DNA of 64,000 bases from Candidatus Kaiserbacteria bacterium. Its GTDB lineage: Bacteria > Patescibacteriota > Minisyncoccia > Phycocordibacterales > SBAW01. The notes beneath the pieces were generated by a model. It saw nothing but the letters and a program-made list of their open reading frames with translations. It made no database searches and was not told where the DNA came from. Shown here one piece after another: positions 30,704 to 39,579 of this stretch. Each line of letters opens with the position of its first letter. Position 1 is the first letter of the stretch. The stretch lies in NCBI GenBank assembly GCA_009691465.1, contig SICK01000002.1, positions 9,951 through 73,950 of the forward strand, given 5' to 3'. A program made the position numbers and the translations under genes.

Positions 30704-31819
30704 TTAGCCTGTTTCGTACCGCAGGTACATGCCTGCAACGAACGCAAGCAGTGCCGAGAGGAGAAGCGTCAGAAGTGTCTCAGGGGCACCCCCGCCCGCT
30801 CCTGTGTTCGGAACGTTTGGAACGTCGATTGATACTCCCAATACTGCTCCTGTAACCTCCGGTGTTGGTGAGATGGAGGCGGGAGTTATAGATACAGGAA
30901 CGATTACGGCCGCGCCTCCTCCACCACTGCCGGTTGCGACGGGAGGTCCGTTGCCGCCGCCTCCCGGAGAAGGCGGCGCGACTGGAGCCGGCGTGCTAGT
31001 GGACGAAGAAGTAGCAACCGTTCCCGTAAGAGTGCCAACGGATGAGGTGGCGACCGTCCCTGTAAGCGAGCCCGAAACACTGGAGGCTGCACACGTTGCT
31101 TTGGTGATGTGCGTATTATTTAACGTAACGGCGCCGTTTCTTGCCAGAAGCCTCCCTACAACCGTTGAGCCCCCGTTATCGGTAATGGAGGAAAGGGCTA
31201 GTATACTCCCCTTAAAATCGGAACCCGTTCCGAGTGTCGCAGAACTACCAACCTGCCAAAAAACACGGCACGCCTGCGCGCCGTTTATCAGGGTCACATG
31301 GCTCGCCGATGCCGTTATGAGCGTAGAGGCCGCCTTGAAGATAAAGACTGCGTCGGGGTCGCCCTGTGCGTCGAGCGTGACTGTGCCGGTGATTCCAAAG
31401 GTACCGTCAGCCGAGTCATACACACCGGCAAGTTTGACGGTCCCGCCGAGCTCCGTGGACACTGTGGAGACCGGAGTTTGCCCGGCAGCGTTGTTGTAGG
31501 CCGTGGTGAGGTCGTTTTGTGCTGTAGTCAATAAGCCTGGGTTATTTCCTGCGACACCCGCGGGGCCGGTGGCATCTACTGCGTATATCGTGCCCATGAC
31601 TTCTCCTGTCGTTAATCCGGCATAACTACTACCGGCTGATGGGCTCAAACCCACATCACCATTGATCACGCTTGGGCCGGTATTCGTAACTGCCGACCCG
31701 GCCAGCACGACAAAACCATCGGCCGTGCCGAGGTTTACTGTAGTCGCAGCCATAGCCAACGGGGCCATGCCCAAAATAAAGGCAGCAGCTACTATAGCTA
31801 CTGATGAGGAAATTTTCAT
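30704..31819 (-). CDS. Ice-binding-like protein (DUF3494) with a C-terminal VPNTG + TM sorting signal
   Basis: VNLGTA.GFVVLAGSAVTNTG, DLTTAYN, LDAQGDPDAVFIF, VFWQVGSSATLG, GRLLARNGAVTL. Confidence 0.9.
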   Translation of the reverse strand: MKISSSVAIVAAAFILGMAPLAMAATTVNLGTADGFVVLAGSAVTNTGPSVINGDVGLSPSAGSSYAGLTTGEVMGTIYAVDATGPAGVAGNNPGLLTTAQNDLTTAYNNAAGQTPVSTVSTELGGTVKLAGVYDSADGTFGITGTVTLDAQGDPDAVFIFKAASTLITASASHVTLINGAQACRVFWQVGSSATLGTGSDFKGSILALSSITDNGGSTVVGRLLARNGAVTLNNTHITKATCAASSVSGSLTGTVATSSVGTLTGTVATSSSTSTPAPVAPPSPGGGGNGPPVATGSGGGGAAVIVPVSITPASISPTPEVTGAVLGVSIDVPNVPNTGAGGGAPETLLTLLLSALLAFVAGMYLRYETG

Positions 31820-31981
31820 AACTCGAACCTAATAGTGTAAAGCGGCGATAATGAAGTCACGGTGTGCTCCTCATGAGTAGGAGGCGGCCCCGATGAATTA
31901 AAATGAAGTTACGATGTGCCGAGCATCGGACGAAGTGAGAACCTCTCAATATGTTAACTCTTGAGCGATCGTACTCGGTTG

Positions 31982-32449
31982 CTATATTTCTTTAATGATT
32001 TTCCACTTCGCCATTCCCAACCCACTTGCATCGTCGCCCACCTGCTTTACATAATATTTTCCACCCTCAAAGAAGACACCGTACCAAGAGAAAGAATCCC
32101 AACTCACACATGCCAATCCTGGTTTTATAACAGTCGGCTCTTTTTCAAACACTGCTCCCGCATCAACCTTCTTTATCCACTCGTCGTTTAAATTTTGCTG
32201 ATTCAGTTCCTTGCAATCATTTCGTACTTGAATGTCCGCAGTTTTCACGCTGCCATTTGGTAAGTTGAGAGTTATTCTTGCGTTGTTGAAATTATCGTCT
32301 ACTTTTGATCCAATATCCCACCTCACGCTTGTGGTTTTCTGTGCAGGCTGTTTTTGCATCATGTAATACACGCCACCGCCAATGACCGCTACTCCGACCA
32401 CGATCATGAGTAATAACCCCAGCGACATGAAACCCCTTTGGTAATTCAT
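31982..32449 (-). CDS. Surface protein with a prepilin-like N-terminus
   Basis: MNYQRG|F followed by a hydrophobic helix; AT-rich; downstream of tRNA-Leu. Confidence 0.7.
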   Translation of the reverse strand: MNYQRGFMSLGLLLMIVVGVAVIGGGVYYMMQKQPAQKTTSVRWDIGSKVDDNFNNARITLNLPNGSVKTADIQVRNDCKELNQQNLNDEWIKKVDAGAVFEKEPTVIKPGLACVSWDSFSWYGVFFEGGKYYVKQVGDDASGLGMAKWKIIKEI

Positions 32450-32644
32450 AGCGGCATAGTACCACCTTTTTTGGTTAGAACCGCCTCTTAGACGCTAGAA
32501 AAACGTTACTGTTAAATGCCTTTTTGGGTTAGGTGGTTCTAATACGTCTCATCCTGGGTTTGCGTAGATCTGCGATGTTAGAACCGCTGAAAATACCGCT
32601 CCCTGCGGCTAGAATCTAGAAAAACACAATTAAATCTTCTTCGG

Positions 32645-32728
32645 TGCCCGGGAGAGGACTCGAACCTCCACGCCCGTAAGGGCTTATCCACCTCAAGGAT
32701 AAATGTCTACCAGTTTCAACACCCGGGC
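32645..32728 (-). tRNA. tRNA-Leu(GAG)
   Basis: Long variable arm; anticodon arm TATCC-TTGAGGT-GGATA. Confidence 0.95.
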
Positions 32729-32733
32729 ATGGG

Positions 32734-33396
32734 TTATAACTGCTCGCCTACTATACTAAGCATTTTTTGTATTTTCAACCGCTTACGCGGCAAGTGCATA
32801 CTGTTCTTTCTGTAGTACATTCTTCGCAACAAAATAAGCGATTCTTTTTTTGCGTACTTGAGCTGATATATCGTGCGCGCTTTCCCCTTCCCAGTAACAT
32901 GGCCTTCTATACCTGCCTGTCTGCGGATCTCATCGCGCAACCAGACAATATGAACTTTGCTGGCTGACCCAAAAACCGTGTAAAACATATAACTAGAGCG
33001 CCAGCGCGGATCCCAATAGGAATAGGTGCATCCGTCCCCATCAAGATGCCCGCGCAAAAAGTCAAAAAAGTATGTATCCGGAATCTTTAGGCTTCCAATG
33101 ACCTTGCTTTTATTTGGCATGAGCCCAATCTCTAAAAGAAAGTTGTAGAGGGTGACATTGCCGAATTGAATTCTTGGGCACAGATTTCCGTCATAGCCAG
33201 AACGGGTATAACCTATGGCGGATTTTAAATTAAAAGCTTTTTTAGCATTCTCCAGCTGCACTATATCTTTTGAGACCAGCGTGATATGCCGACCATCACC
33301 GGAAAGGCAGCCATCGGTGACTAAAAGGCCAATCCCATACGCAAGCTCCGCTGACCACACAGGCGGAGGTTTTGGTTTTGGTCCCCTCTTCCCCAT
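32734..33396 (-). CDS. Free-standing double-motif LAGLIDADG endonuclease-like protein
   Basis: LAYGIGLLVTDG and FLRGHLDGDG motifs, GLMPNKS, C-terminal LPRK. Confidence 0.85.
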   Translation of the reverse strand: MGKRGPKPKPPPVWSAELAYGIGLLVTDGCLSGDGRHITLVSKDIVQLENAKKAFNLKSAIGYTRSGYDGNLCPRIQFGNVTLYNFLLEIGLMPNKSKVIGSLKIPDTYFFDFLRGHLDGDGCTYSYWDPRWRSSYMFYTVFGSASKVHIVWLRDEIRRQAGIEGHVTGKGKARTIYQLKYAKKESLILLRRMYYRKNSMHLPRKRLKIQKMLSIVGEQL

Positions 33397-33490
33397 CTTA
33401 ATTAGTATACCAAACCTCAAGTATATAGCGTCTACCAATTATCCACAAAAAGAAAACCGGAGTTTTGCTCCGGCCTCTTTTCTTTTTAAA

Positions 33491-33970
33491 TTACTCCGTT
33501 GCGGCAACCTCGGCAACAACCGGCTCTACCGGAGCAGGAGCTTGGTTGGTGTCGGTCTTGCGACCACGCTGGTCGACCGAAAGGCTGCGGCGCATGGCGC
33601 GTTTGACCTCACTGGCGGCCTTGCGGCGGATAAAGTAGAGCTTGGCGCGGCGGGTGCGGGTGCGGCGCAAGACCTCGACTTCGTCTATCATCGGCGAGTA
33701 CAGGGGAAAGATCTTTTCTACCCCGACACCCGAGGACACCTTGCGGACCGTAAACATCGCGCCCGGCTCGGTGCCGTGTTTGACCGCGAGTATGGTGCCT
33801 TCAAACGCCTGTTTGCGGATGTTTTTGGTGGTGAGCTCTTTCTTGTTGGCTTGTTTCGCCTTTTTAAGCTCGACGATGTTCTGCCAGACGCGCACGACAT
33901 CGCCCGCACGCAGGCCCAAGGCTGCGCGCGCTTGCATGTTGACCGGAGAGGTGATGACGGACGATTTCAT
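33491..33970 (-). CDS. rplS: 50S ribosomal protein L19
   Basis: GDVVRV, QAFEG, FTVRKVSSGVGVEKIFP, RRAKLYFIR. Confidence 0.97.
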   Translation of the reverse strand: MKSSVITSPVNMQARAALGLRAGDVVRVWQNIVELKKAKQANKKELTTKNIRKQAFEGTILAVKHGTEPGAMFTVRKVSSGVGVEKIFPLYSPMIDEVEVLRRTRTRRAKLYFIRRKAASEVKRAMRRSLSVDQRGRKTDTNQAPAPVEPVVAEVAATE

Positions 33971-33993
33971 GACTTACGGAATGTAGCACAGGG

Positions 33994-34683
33994 CTACGCT
34001 TTTCGCAATTCTGCCTCGGCCGCGACGAAGTCCGGCGGCAGGGGGGCCAGAAAGGTCATCTCACGCCCGGAGGGGTGCGCAATAGTAATAGAGTACGCGT
34101 GGAGCGCGAGGCGCTTGAATCCGAACATAGGAGGCCGTTGGGGTGCGTAAAGTTGGTCGCACACAATCGGGTGCTGTATCGCGGCGCAGTGCACGCGGAT
34201 CTGGTGGGTGCGCCCGGTCTTGGGGAACGCTTCTATATATGCGGCACCCTGCCCGCTTGCACTCTGCTCGGTCGAAGTATTGCTCAAGCGCTTCCAGGTG
34301 GTCGAGGCCGCGCGCTGTACTCCGTGGGGGCGCGTGGCCGAGCGGGGCCCGCGCCCGCCGCGCGCAGAGCCGATGGGCCGCTCTATCACTCCCCTTTCTT
34401 CTTTGAGCGCGCCGTACACGAACGCGCGGTATATCTTTTTTATTTCCCGGTTCTGGAATTGCTCTTTTAAAAACGCGTGCGCCTCTGCTGTTTTGGCCAC
34501 TACCAACACACCCGAGGTCTCGCGGTCGATGCGGTGTACAAAATGATGTTCCTGATATTTTTTATCCAACCAATGCGAAAGGGCCGGGTAGTCGTGCTTG
34601 CCGTCCGGGTAGACGATCATCCCGGAGGGTTTGTTGACGACCACCAGCATATCGTCTTCAAATAAAATGGTGGGCTCTTCCAT
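33994..34683 (-). CDS. RluA-family pseudouridine synthase
   Basis: VVNKPSG, VHRIDRETSG, TGRTHQIRVH, LHA. Confidence 0.95.
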   Translation of the reverse strand: MEEPTILFEDDMLVVVNKPSGMIVYPDGKHDYPALSHWLDKKYQEHHFVHRIDRETSGVLVVAKTAEAHAFLKEQFQNREIKKIYRAFVYGALKEERGVIERPIGSARGGRGPRSATRPHGVQRAASTTWKRLSNTSTEQSASGQGAAYIEAFPKTGRTHQIRVHCAAIQHPIVCDQLYAPQRPPMFGFKRLALHAYSITIAHPSGREMTFLAPLPPDFVAAEAELRKA

Positions 34684-34684
34684 G

Positions 34685-34757
34685 TGGGCGCTGCAGGACT
34701 CGAACCTGCGACCATCCCGGTGTAAACGGGGTGCTCTACCAACTGAGCTAAGCGCCC
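34685..34757 (-). tRNA. tRNA-Val(TAC)
   Basis: Cloverleaf; anticodon loop TTTACAC. Confidence 0.95.
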
Positions 34758-34758
34758 G

Positions 34759-34830
34759 TGCCCTCGGTAGGAATCGAACCTACATTCGCGGCTTAGAAGT
34801 CCGCTGTTCTATCCATTGAACTACAAGGGC
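34759..34830 (-). tRNA. tRNA-Arg(TCT)
   Basis: Cloverleaf; anticodon loop CTTCTAA. Confidence 0.93.
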
Positions 34831-34841
34831 GAATGCCCTAT

Positions 34842-35456
34842 TCAAAACCAGGGCAGCAGGTGCCAGTGCACCATAGCATATATGATACCAAGTATCACCA
34901 GCGCCACGCCGAACCACGCCAGGTATTGCTTGATGATATCGAGCGCGTGCCGTCCGTAGCGGATAGACAGGTAGACCACCAACCCCATGCGCAAGGCCCG
35001 GCCGAGCGTGTACCCGGCGATAAACGGCACAAACGGCGCGCCCAAAAACCCGCCCGCATAAATAAACACCTTGTCGGGGATCGGGGTAAACGACGCGATT
35101 GCCATGCCGACAAACGCCCCGTTTTGGATGAATACTTGTGCTCGTGCAAAAGCATCCTGCAGTCCGTACAGCGCCAACAGCGGCTCTCCAAATTGTTGAA
35201 AAAGAAATCCACCGACATAGTAGCCGACCGCCGCCCCTAGGACCGAAAACACTATCGCCACCGGCAGGTACTGGCGCCAGCGTGCGGGCTGGGCCAGGGC
35301 AAAAGCGACCAAGTATATCTCGGGTGCTAGGGGGAAGAAGAGTGCATCGGCAAACGCCAGGCCGCCCAGCCACGCGAGCGCGTGCGGCTTGTGCGTGTGC
35401 TCGACAAACCACGCCCACGACCGCATATGCCACTCGTGTATCAAGTGCCAGCTCAT
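34842..35456 (-). CDS. YqaA/DedA-family membrane protein
   Basis: AFADALFFPLAPE, FTPIPDKVF, GRALR. Confidence 0.88.
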   Translation of the reverse strand: MSWHLIHEWHMRSWAWFVEHTHKPHALAWLGGLAFADALFFPLAPEIYLVAFALAQPARWRQYLPVAIVFSVLGAAVGYYVGGFLFQQFGEPLLALYGLQDAFARAQVFIQNGAFVGMAIASFTPIPDKVFIYAGGFLGAPFVPFIAGYTLGRALRMGLVVYLSIRYGRHALDIIKQYLAWFGVALVILGIIYAMVHWHLLPWF

Positions 35457-35457
35457 A

Positions 35458-35784
35458 TTATTTGACGCGCTCGCCGGGAGCGCCCGTGGTTTCAAACAAA
35501 GCAAAAGGAGTATCCCCGCCGCCCACGGCAAGCAGCATCGCCTGGCTCTCGAGCCCCATCATGGTGCGGGGTGCAAGATTGGTGACAAAGGGGTAGCGCT
35601 TCCCCACCAATGCTTGCGGGTCAGGAAAATATTTTGCGATGCCGGAGAGCACTTGGCGCTCCTCGGTTCCAAAATTAACACGCAGCTTAAGCAGCTTGTC
35701 GCTGCCCTCTATCGGTTCGGCTGACAACACTTCACCGATCTGTATCTCGACTTTTTTAAAATCATCTAACGATATTGGTTCCAT
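35458..35784 (-). CDS. Stand-alone tRNA-binding OB-fold protein (Trbp111 / MetRS C-terminal-like)
   Basis: ISLDDFKKVEIQIG, DKLLKLRV, RQVLSGI, NLAPR..MGLESQAMLLA. Confidence 0.92.
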   Translation of the reverse strand: MEPISLDDFKKVEIQIGEVLSAEPIEGSDKLLKLRVNFGTEERQVLSGIAKYFPDPQALVGKRYPFVTNLAPRTMMGLESQAMLLAVGGGDTPFALFETTGAPGERVK

Positions 35785-35785
35785 A

Positions 35786-36199
35786 TTATTTTTTTATAGT
35801 ATCAAGAAAACTTTGTAATATCAGCGCCGCCGCCGATGCGTCGAGGTCGGTGTGGATGGGATTCTGTTTGCGGGAGCCCTCAGTGGGGGTAAACTGCCGC
35901 GCGGCAGCCGCACTGCTAAACAGCTCGTTTTGGTAGTGCACCGGCAGTTGTGTCAGTTCGGCTATGTCTTTTTTAAACTGCTCTATGTCCTCCATCACGG
36001 GGTTGCGCTCTCCGGCAAAGTTGCGCGACTCGCCCAACACTATCTCCCCTACCCCCTGCGCTTTTACTATATCGACGACCTCCTGCAAGGCGTGCGGTCC
36101 GGCTTTGACGACCCCGTGCGGAAACGCGACCGAGCCCGTCTCGTCCGAAACGGCAACGCCGATATGTTTTGTCCCGTAATCTATCCCCAAGTACCGCAT
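35786..36199 (-). CDS. yqgF: YqgF/RuvX-family pre-16S rRNA nuclease
   Basis: YLGIDYGTKHIGVAVSD, NELFSS, DASAAALILQSFLD. Confidence 0.92.
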   Translation of the reverse strand: MRYLGIDYGTKHIGVAVSDETGSVAFPHGVVKAGPHALQEVVDIVKAQGVGEIVLGESRNFAGERNPVMEDIEQFKKDIAELTQLPVHYQNELFSSAAAARQFTPTEGSRKQNPIHTDLDASAAALILQSFLDTIKK

Positions 36200-36221
36200 T
36201 GGTGTAGCATAACAAATATAC

Positions 36222-36306
36222 GGAGGGGTGGCAGAGTGGTCTAACGCACCGCACTTGAAATGCGGCGTGCCGCAAGGCACCGTGAGTTCGAATCTCACCC
36301 CCTCCG
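36222..36306 (+). tRNA. tRNA-Ser(TGA)
   Basis: Long variable arm; anticodon arm CCGCA-CTTGAAA-TGCGG. Confidence 0.95.
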
Positions 36307-36331
36307 CAGATTGTAGCGGTATAATACCTCC

Positions 36332-36796
36332 ATGGCAGAAGACTCCGGCATTTCGTGGAGCGTGGACACACACGAGCATCATGACCACAGCACCGACTGG
36401 TACTGGGGGCTGGGGCTCATCGCCCTTGCAGGCGCGGGGCTTGCGCTGTTTTTCGGCAACGCGCTCTTTGCGGTTATCATCGCCATGAGCGCCGGCTCTA
36501 TCGGTGTCTTGGCTATACGCGGCCCCCGCGAGCACACCGTGCGCTTAAGCGAGCGCGGCGTATCACTCGACGGCACGGTCTACCGGTGGGACGGGATAGA
36601 CTCTTTTTGGATAGAGGACGGCGGAGAGCCGCGCCTACTGATCTCGACCAAGGGCCTGCTCCATCCGCAGCTGGTTATCCCTCTGGGAGACAAAACGCGC
36701 GCCATGAGCGTACGCAACTACCTGCGCCGCCATGCAGCAGAGGAAGAACAGCATGCCCACTTGGGCGAGCATCTCGCGGAGATGTTCGGACTTTAA
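36332..36796 (+). CDS. Hypothetical membrane protein (two TM helices plus a PH-like domain)
   Basis: TATAAT 6 nt before the ATG; DWYWG followed by a TM pair; GVSLDGTVYRW..IDSFWI. Confidence 0.75.
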   Translation: MAEDSGISWSVDTHEHHDHSTDWYWGLGLIALAGAGLALFFGNALFAVIIAMSAGSIGVLAIRGPREHTVRLSERGVSLDGTVYRWDGIDSFWIEDGGEPRLLISTKGLLHPQLVIPLGDKTRAMSVRNYLRRHAAEEEQHAHLGEHLAEMFGL

Positions 36797-36829
36797 ATAA
36801 ACAGCAAAGCAGTTTGCTTTTTCAACCTA

Positions 36830-36924
36830 GTGCAGGATACTTGAATTAGTGCGAACCAGCTTCCGTGCCGCCGAAGGCGGCGCAAACCCCCCGCAGAAAA
36901 TGCAGGCGGCGAAGCCGCACCGCT
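36830..36924 (+). repeat. Left 95-bp perfect inverted repeat (putative att P' arm)
   Basis: Exact reverse complement of 37877-37971. Confidence 0.95.
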
Positions 36925-36992
36925 GACAATATCAAATTTTTCTTTGGCGGACTAGGTTAGAGCGCGCAAAGCGCGCACAACTGCTCTTTGAT

Positions 36993-37769
36993 TTATTGGG
37001 TTATCGTCAATGTCCCCGATGCTGGAGACGCATATGGTACTGCGGCAACTACATGATATGTACCGGACGTAAGGCCATTCGGAAAAATATCTGTATGCAA
37101 CAGGGACGATTTAGAGATTTTGACGGACCAACGACCATTCACAACAGACACATGCTCATCGTTGAAGAGAACAGTTGGTTTTGGCGGAGCATAATCAATG
37201 CTGATCAAAATCTCTCTAACGCCTGAAGCTGTACCGGTAATGGTGGGTTCAGCGGAAGAACTGGTGAGTGAACCAGCATCAATGCTTATGGATGGCTGGG
37301 CAACTATTGTAAGCGTCCCTGAAGCGAGAACTTTGGTTCCACTAGCGTCTGATACGCTCACTCCGTAAGTCCCAGCAGAAAGTGCAGAAAAGCCAGGGAA
37401 GTCGGCGTAATCAACGGGATATGACCAACGGCCATTTACCACTTTTACCAAAGTACTGGGATGGCGATTATCTGGGTTAATGGCAATTATCTTTCCCGTC
37501 TGATCAGTCATCGTCAGAGCTACACTAACTTGACCTGTATTCGCGGCCGTCCCAGTAATTATGGGCTGTACGGTTGAAGAATTGAGAGAAGCCGAGTCAA
37601 TTGTTGCGGATGGCGCACTAGATGGCTGTGTCGCTTGTTGCTGAATTTCTGTGGTTGAAGAAGTCGCAGGCACACTTGGTTTCTGCGACATAGCCCACCA
37701 CGCGACTGCCCCGCCAATAATGACGACAAGTCCAACTATGAGCCACACATTTGCAAATCCTCGATTCAT
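36993..37769 (-). CDS. Cargo surface protein: prepilin-like N-terminus and two Ig-like repeats
   Basis: MNRG|F plus a hydrophobic helix; duplicated ID..SL.SS...P.ITGTA...VVNGRWS...L..GTY...ASGTLTI. Confidence 0.85.
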   Translation of the reverse strand: MNRGFANVWLIVGLVVIIGGAVAWWAMSQKPSVPATSSTTEIQQQATQPSSAPSATIDSASLNSSTVQPIITGTAANTGQVSVALTMTDQTGKIIAINPDNRHPSTLVKVVNGRWSYPVDYADFPGFSALSAGTYGVSVSDASGTKVLASGTLTIVAQPSISIDAGSLTSSSAEPTITGTASGVREILISIDYAPPKPTVLFNDEHVSVVNGRWSVKISKSSLLHTDIFPNGLTSGTYHVVAAVPYASPASGTLTITQ

Positions 37770-37876
37770 AAAATTAGTAATGAGTTAATAAATAAATTGT
37801 ATGCCTAAAATTTTCTTTTTCCCGAATTCAAATATGGTTCGTGCCGATGTTTTTCCGGGCTCCTTGGCGGTTTTCG

Positions 37877-38047
37877 AGCGGTGCGGCTTCGCCGCCTGCA
37901 TTTTCTGCGGGGGGTTTGCGCCGCCTTCGGCGGCACGGAAGCTGGTTCGCACTAATTCAAGTATCCTGCACCAAGTAGGAAATTGCAAGGAAGAGCTCGC
38001 CGCCGCGCACTGCGTTTTGGGGCTGAATTCAAATTGGCGATTTCGCA
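37877..38047 (-). repeat. Internal inverted copy of the complete attachment site / recombinase 3' end
   Basis: 37877-37971 matches the left repeat; 37968-38047 matches 39470-39570 (about 80 bp with a 21-nt indel); translates as RNRQFEF...CAAASSSLQFPTWC. Confidence 0.9.
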
Positions 38048-38100
38048 TTCGGGAAAAAGAAAACTTTTTGGCATTCCATTAAAAATAACTACTACGAAAT

Positions 38101-39579
38101 ATGAAATATGTACTTTACGCTAGAAAGTCCACCGAGGAAGATGACCGACAAGTCCTAAGTATTCAAGCTCAGCTTGCTGAGCTTTCTTCGTATTCCGCCA
38201 AAGAAAAATTTGATATTGTCGCCTCGTTTTACGAGGCGAAAACCGCAAAAGAGCCCGGGCGAACTGTGTTCGCAGAAATGCTGTCATTCATCGAAGCTGG
38301 GAAAGCAGACGGAATCATATCTTGGCACCCCGATAGATTGGCAAGAAATTCAGTTGATGGTGGCAAGATAATCCACATGGTAGATCGCGGCTTGATTCGT
38401 TCCCTCAAATTTCCGACCCACTGGTTTGAACCAACGCCGCAAGGACTATTCATGCTGAACATTGCTTTCGGACAAAGTAAGTACTTCTCCGACAATTTGC
38501 GAGAGAATGTGAAGCGCGGACTACGACAAAAGATACGGAACGGCGTATGGCCCGGCTGGGCTCCGGTGGGATATCTGAACAATCCTAAGACAAGAGGAAT
38601 CGACGTGGACAATACCAACGCTCCCAAAGTGAAAAAACTATTCGAACTGTATTCCACCGGAGCCTACACGCTAAAATCTCTCGCAAATTGGTGCACGGAA
38701 CAACACCTCAAAACGAACGCTGGCAATTCAATATCACTAAGCAATGTTCAGCATATTCTCTCAAATCCGTTCTACACCGGACTGATGAGATACAAGTCGG
38801 AAATCTTTGAGGGAACCCACGAGCCGGTTCTGACAAAGAAACTTTTTGACCAAGTACAGGAAGTGATGTCGAAACGCGGCAAGGTACACGAAACCAAGAG
38901 GCACAGCTTCGCGTTTCTCGGCCTAATGAAGTGCGCCTCGTGCGGTGCAAGCATCACCGCGCAATATGCGAAAGGAAATGGTGGCATCTACACCTACTAT
39001 CGCTACACAAAAAAACGAGGCGTGTGTACCGAGAAATATCTGCGTGAAGATGTGCTTGAAACACAAATCAAATCGTTCCTACAAAAAGTTTCTTTATCGA
39101 GCCAAGACACGCAGAAAGTTTTGGCGGCGTTGGAACAGGACGAAGCGCAGGAGAAAGAGGAAGCAAGGGCAGAAGCAGAAAACCTAAAAGCGGAACTCGC
39201 AACGCTGGACAACCAATTAGAAAAGTTGCTCAACCTCTATCTTGCTGACGCGCTATCCACAGCAGAATACGCCGCTAAAAAGAATACCCTCATATCTCAA
39301 AAAGTGCGAATCGAGGAGAAAATCACCGACATCGAACAAAGGGGCGTGTCTTGGCTCGAACCGGCTCGTGAATTCGTTTTATCCTTGAATCAAGCCGCGA
39401 ATCTGCTTTCCCACAATGACTTGAGCGGAATGACAGCATTTCTGAAAAACATCGGCGCGAACCATTCTCTGCGAAATCGCCAATTTGAATTCGAGGCCAA
39501 ACCGCAGTACGCGCGAGCCGCCGCGCCCTGCGCGGCGGCGAGCTCCACCTTGCAATTTCCTATTTGGTGCTCCCGGTAG
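38101..39579 (+). CDS. Large serine recombinase (resolvase, recombinase, Zn-ribbon and coiled-coil domains)
   Basis: YARKS catalytic Ser, DRLAR, GWAPVGY, HEPVL..KLFDQVQ, LMKCASCG. Confidence 0.95.
   Translation: MKYVLYARKSTEEDDRQVLSIQAQLAELSSYSAKEKFDIVASFYEAKTAKEPGRTVFAEMLSFIEAGKADGIISWHPDRLARNSVDGGKIIHMVDRGLIRSLKFPTHWFEPTPQGLFMLNIAFGQSKYFSDNLRENVKRGLRQKIRNGVWPGWAPVGYLNNPKTRGIDVDNTNAPKVKKLFELYSTGAYTLKSLANWCTEQHLKTNAGNSISLSNVQHILSNPFYTGLMRYKSEIFEGTHEPVLTKKLFDQVQEVMSKRGKVHETKRHSFAFLGLMKCASCGASITAQYAKGNGGIYTYYRYTKKRGVCTEKYLREDVLETQIKSFLQKVSLSSQDTQKVLAALEQDEAQEKEEARAEAENLKAELATLDNQLEKLLNLYLADALSTAEYAAKKNTLISQKVRIEEKITDIEQRGVSWLEPAREFVLSLNQAANLLSHNDLSGMTAFLKNIGANHSLRNRQFEFEAKPQYARAAAPCAAASSTLQFPIWCSR

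Larger units (their letters stand above)
36830..39570. mobile_element. Large serine recombinase element integrated at the tRNA-Arg(GCG) 3' end
   Basis: Shared GTGC core at 36830 and 39567; recombinase ORF ends inside the tRNA; AT-richer composition; internal inverted repeats. Confidence 0.75.

Noticed and set aside
32645-33438. Group I intron or intein housing the LAGLIDADG ORF
   Set aside because: tRNA-Leu and rplS are uninterrupted, and no splicing motifs or room for a ribozyme core are visible.
37785-38048. 87-aa ORF as an independent gene
   Set aside because: It is the duplicated recombinase C-terminus / att site, so it is treated as part of the element rather than as a separate CDS.
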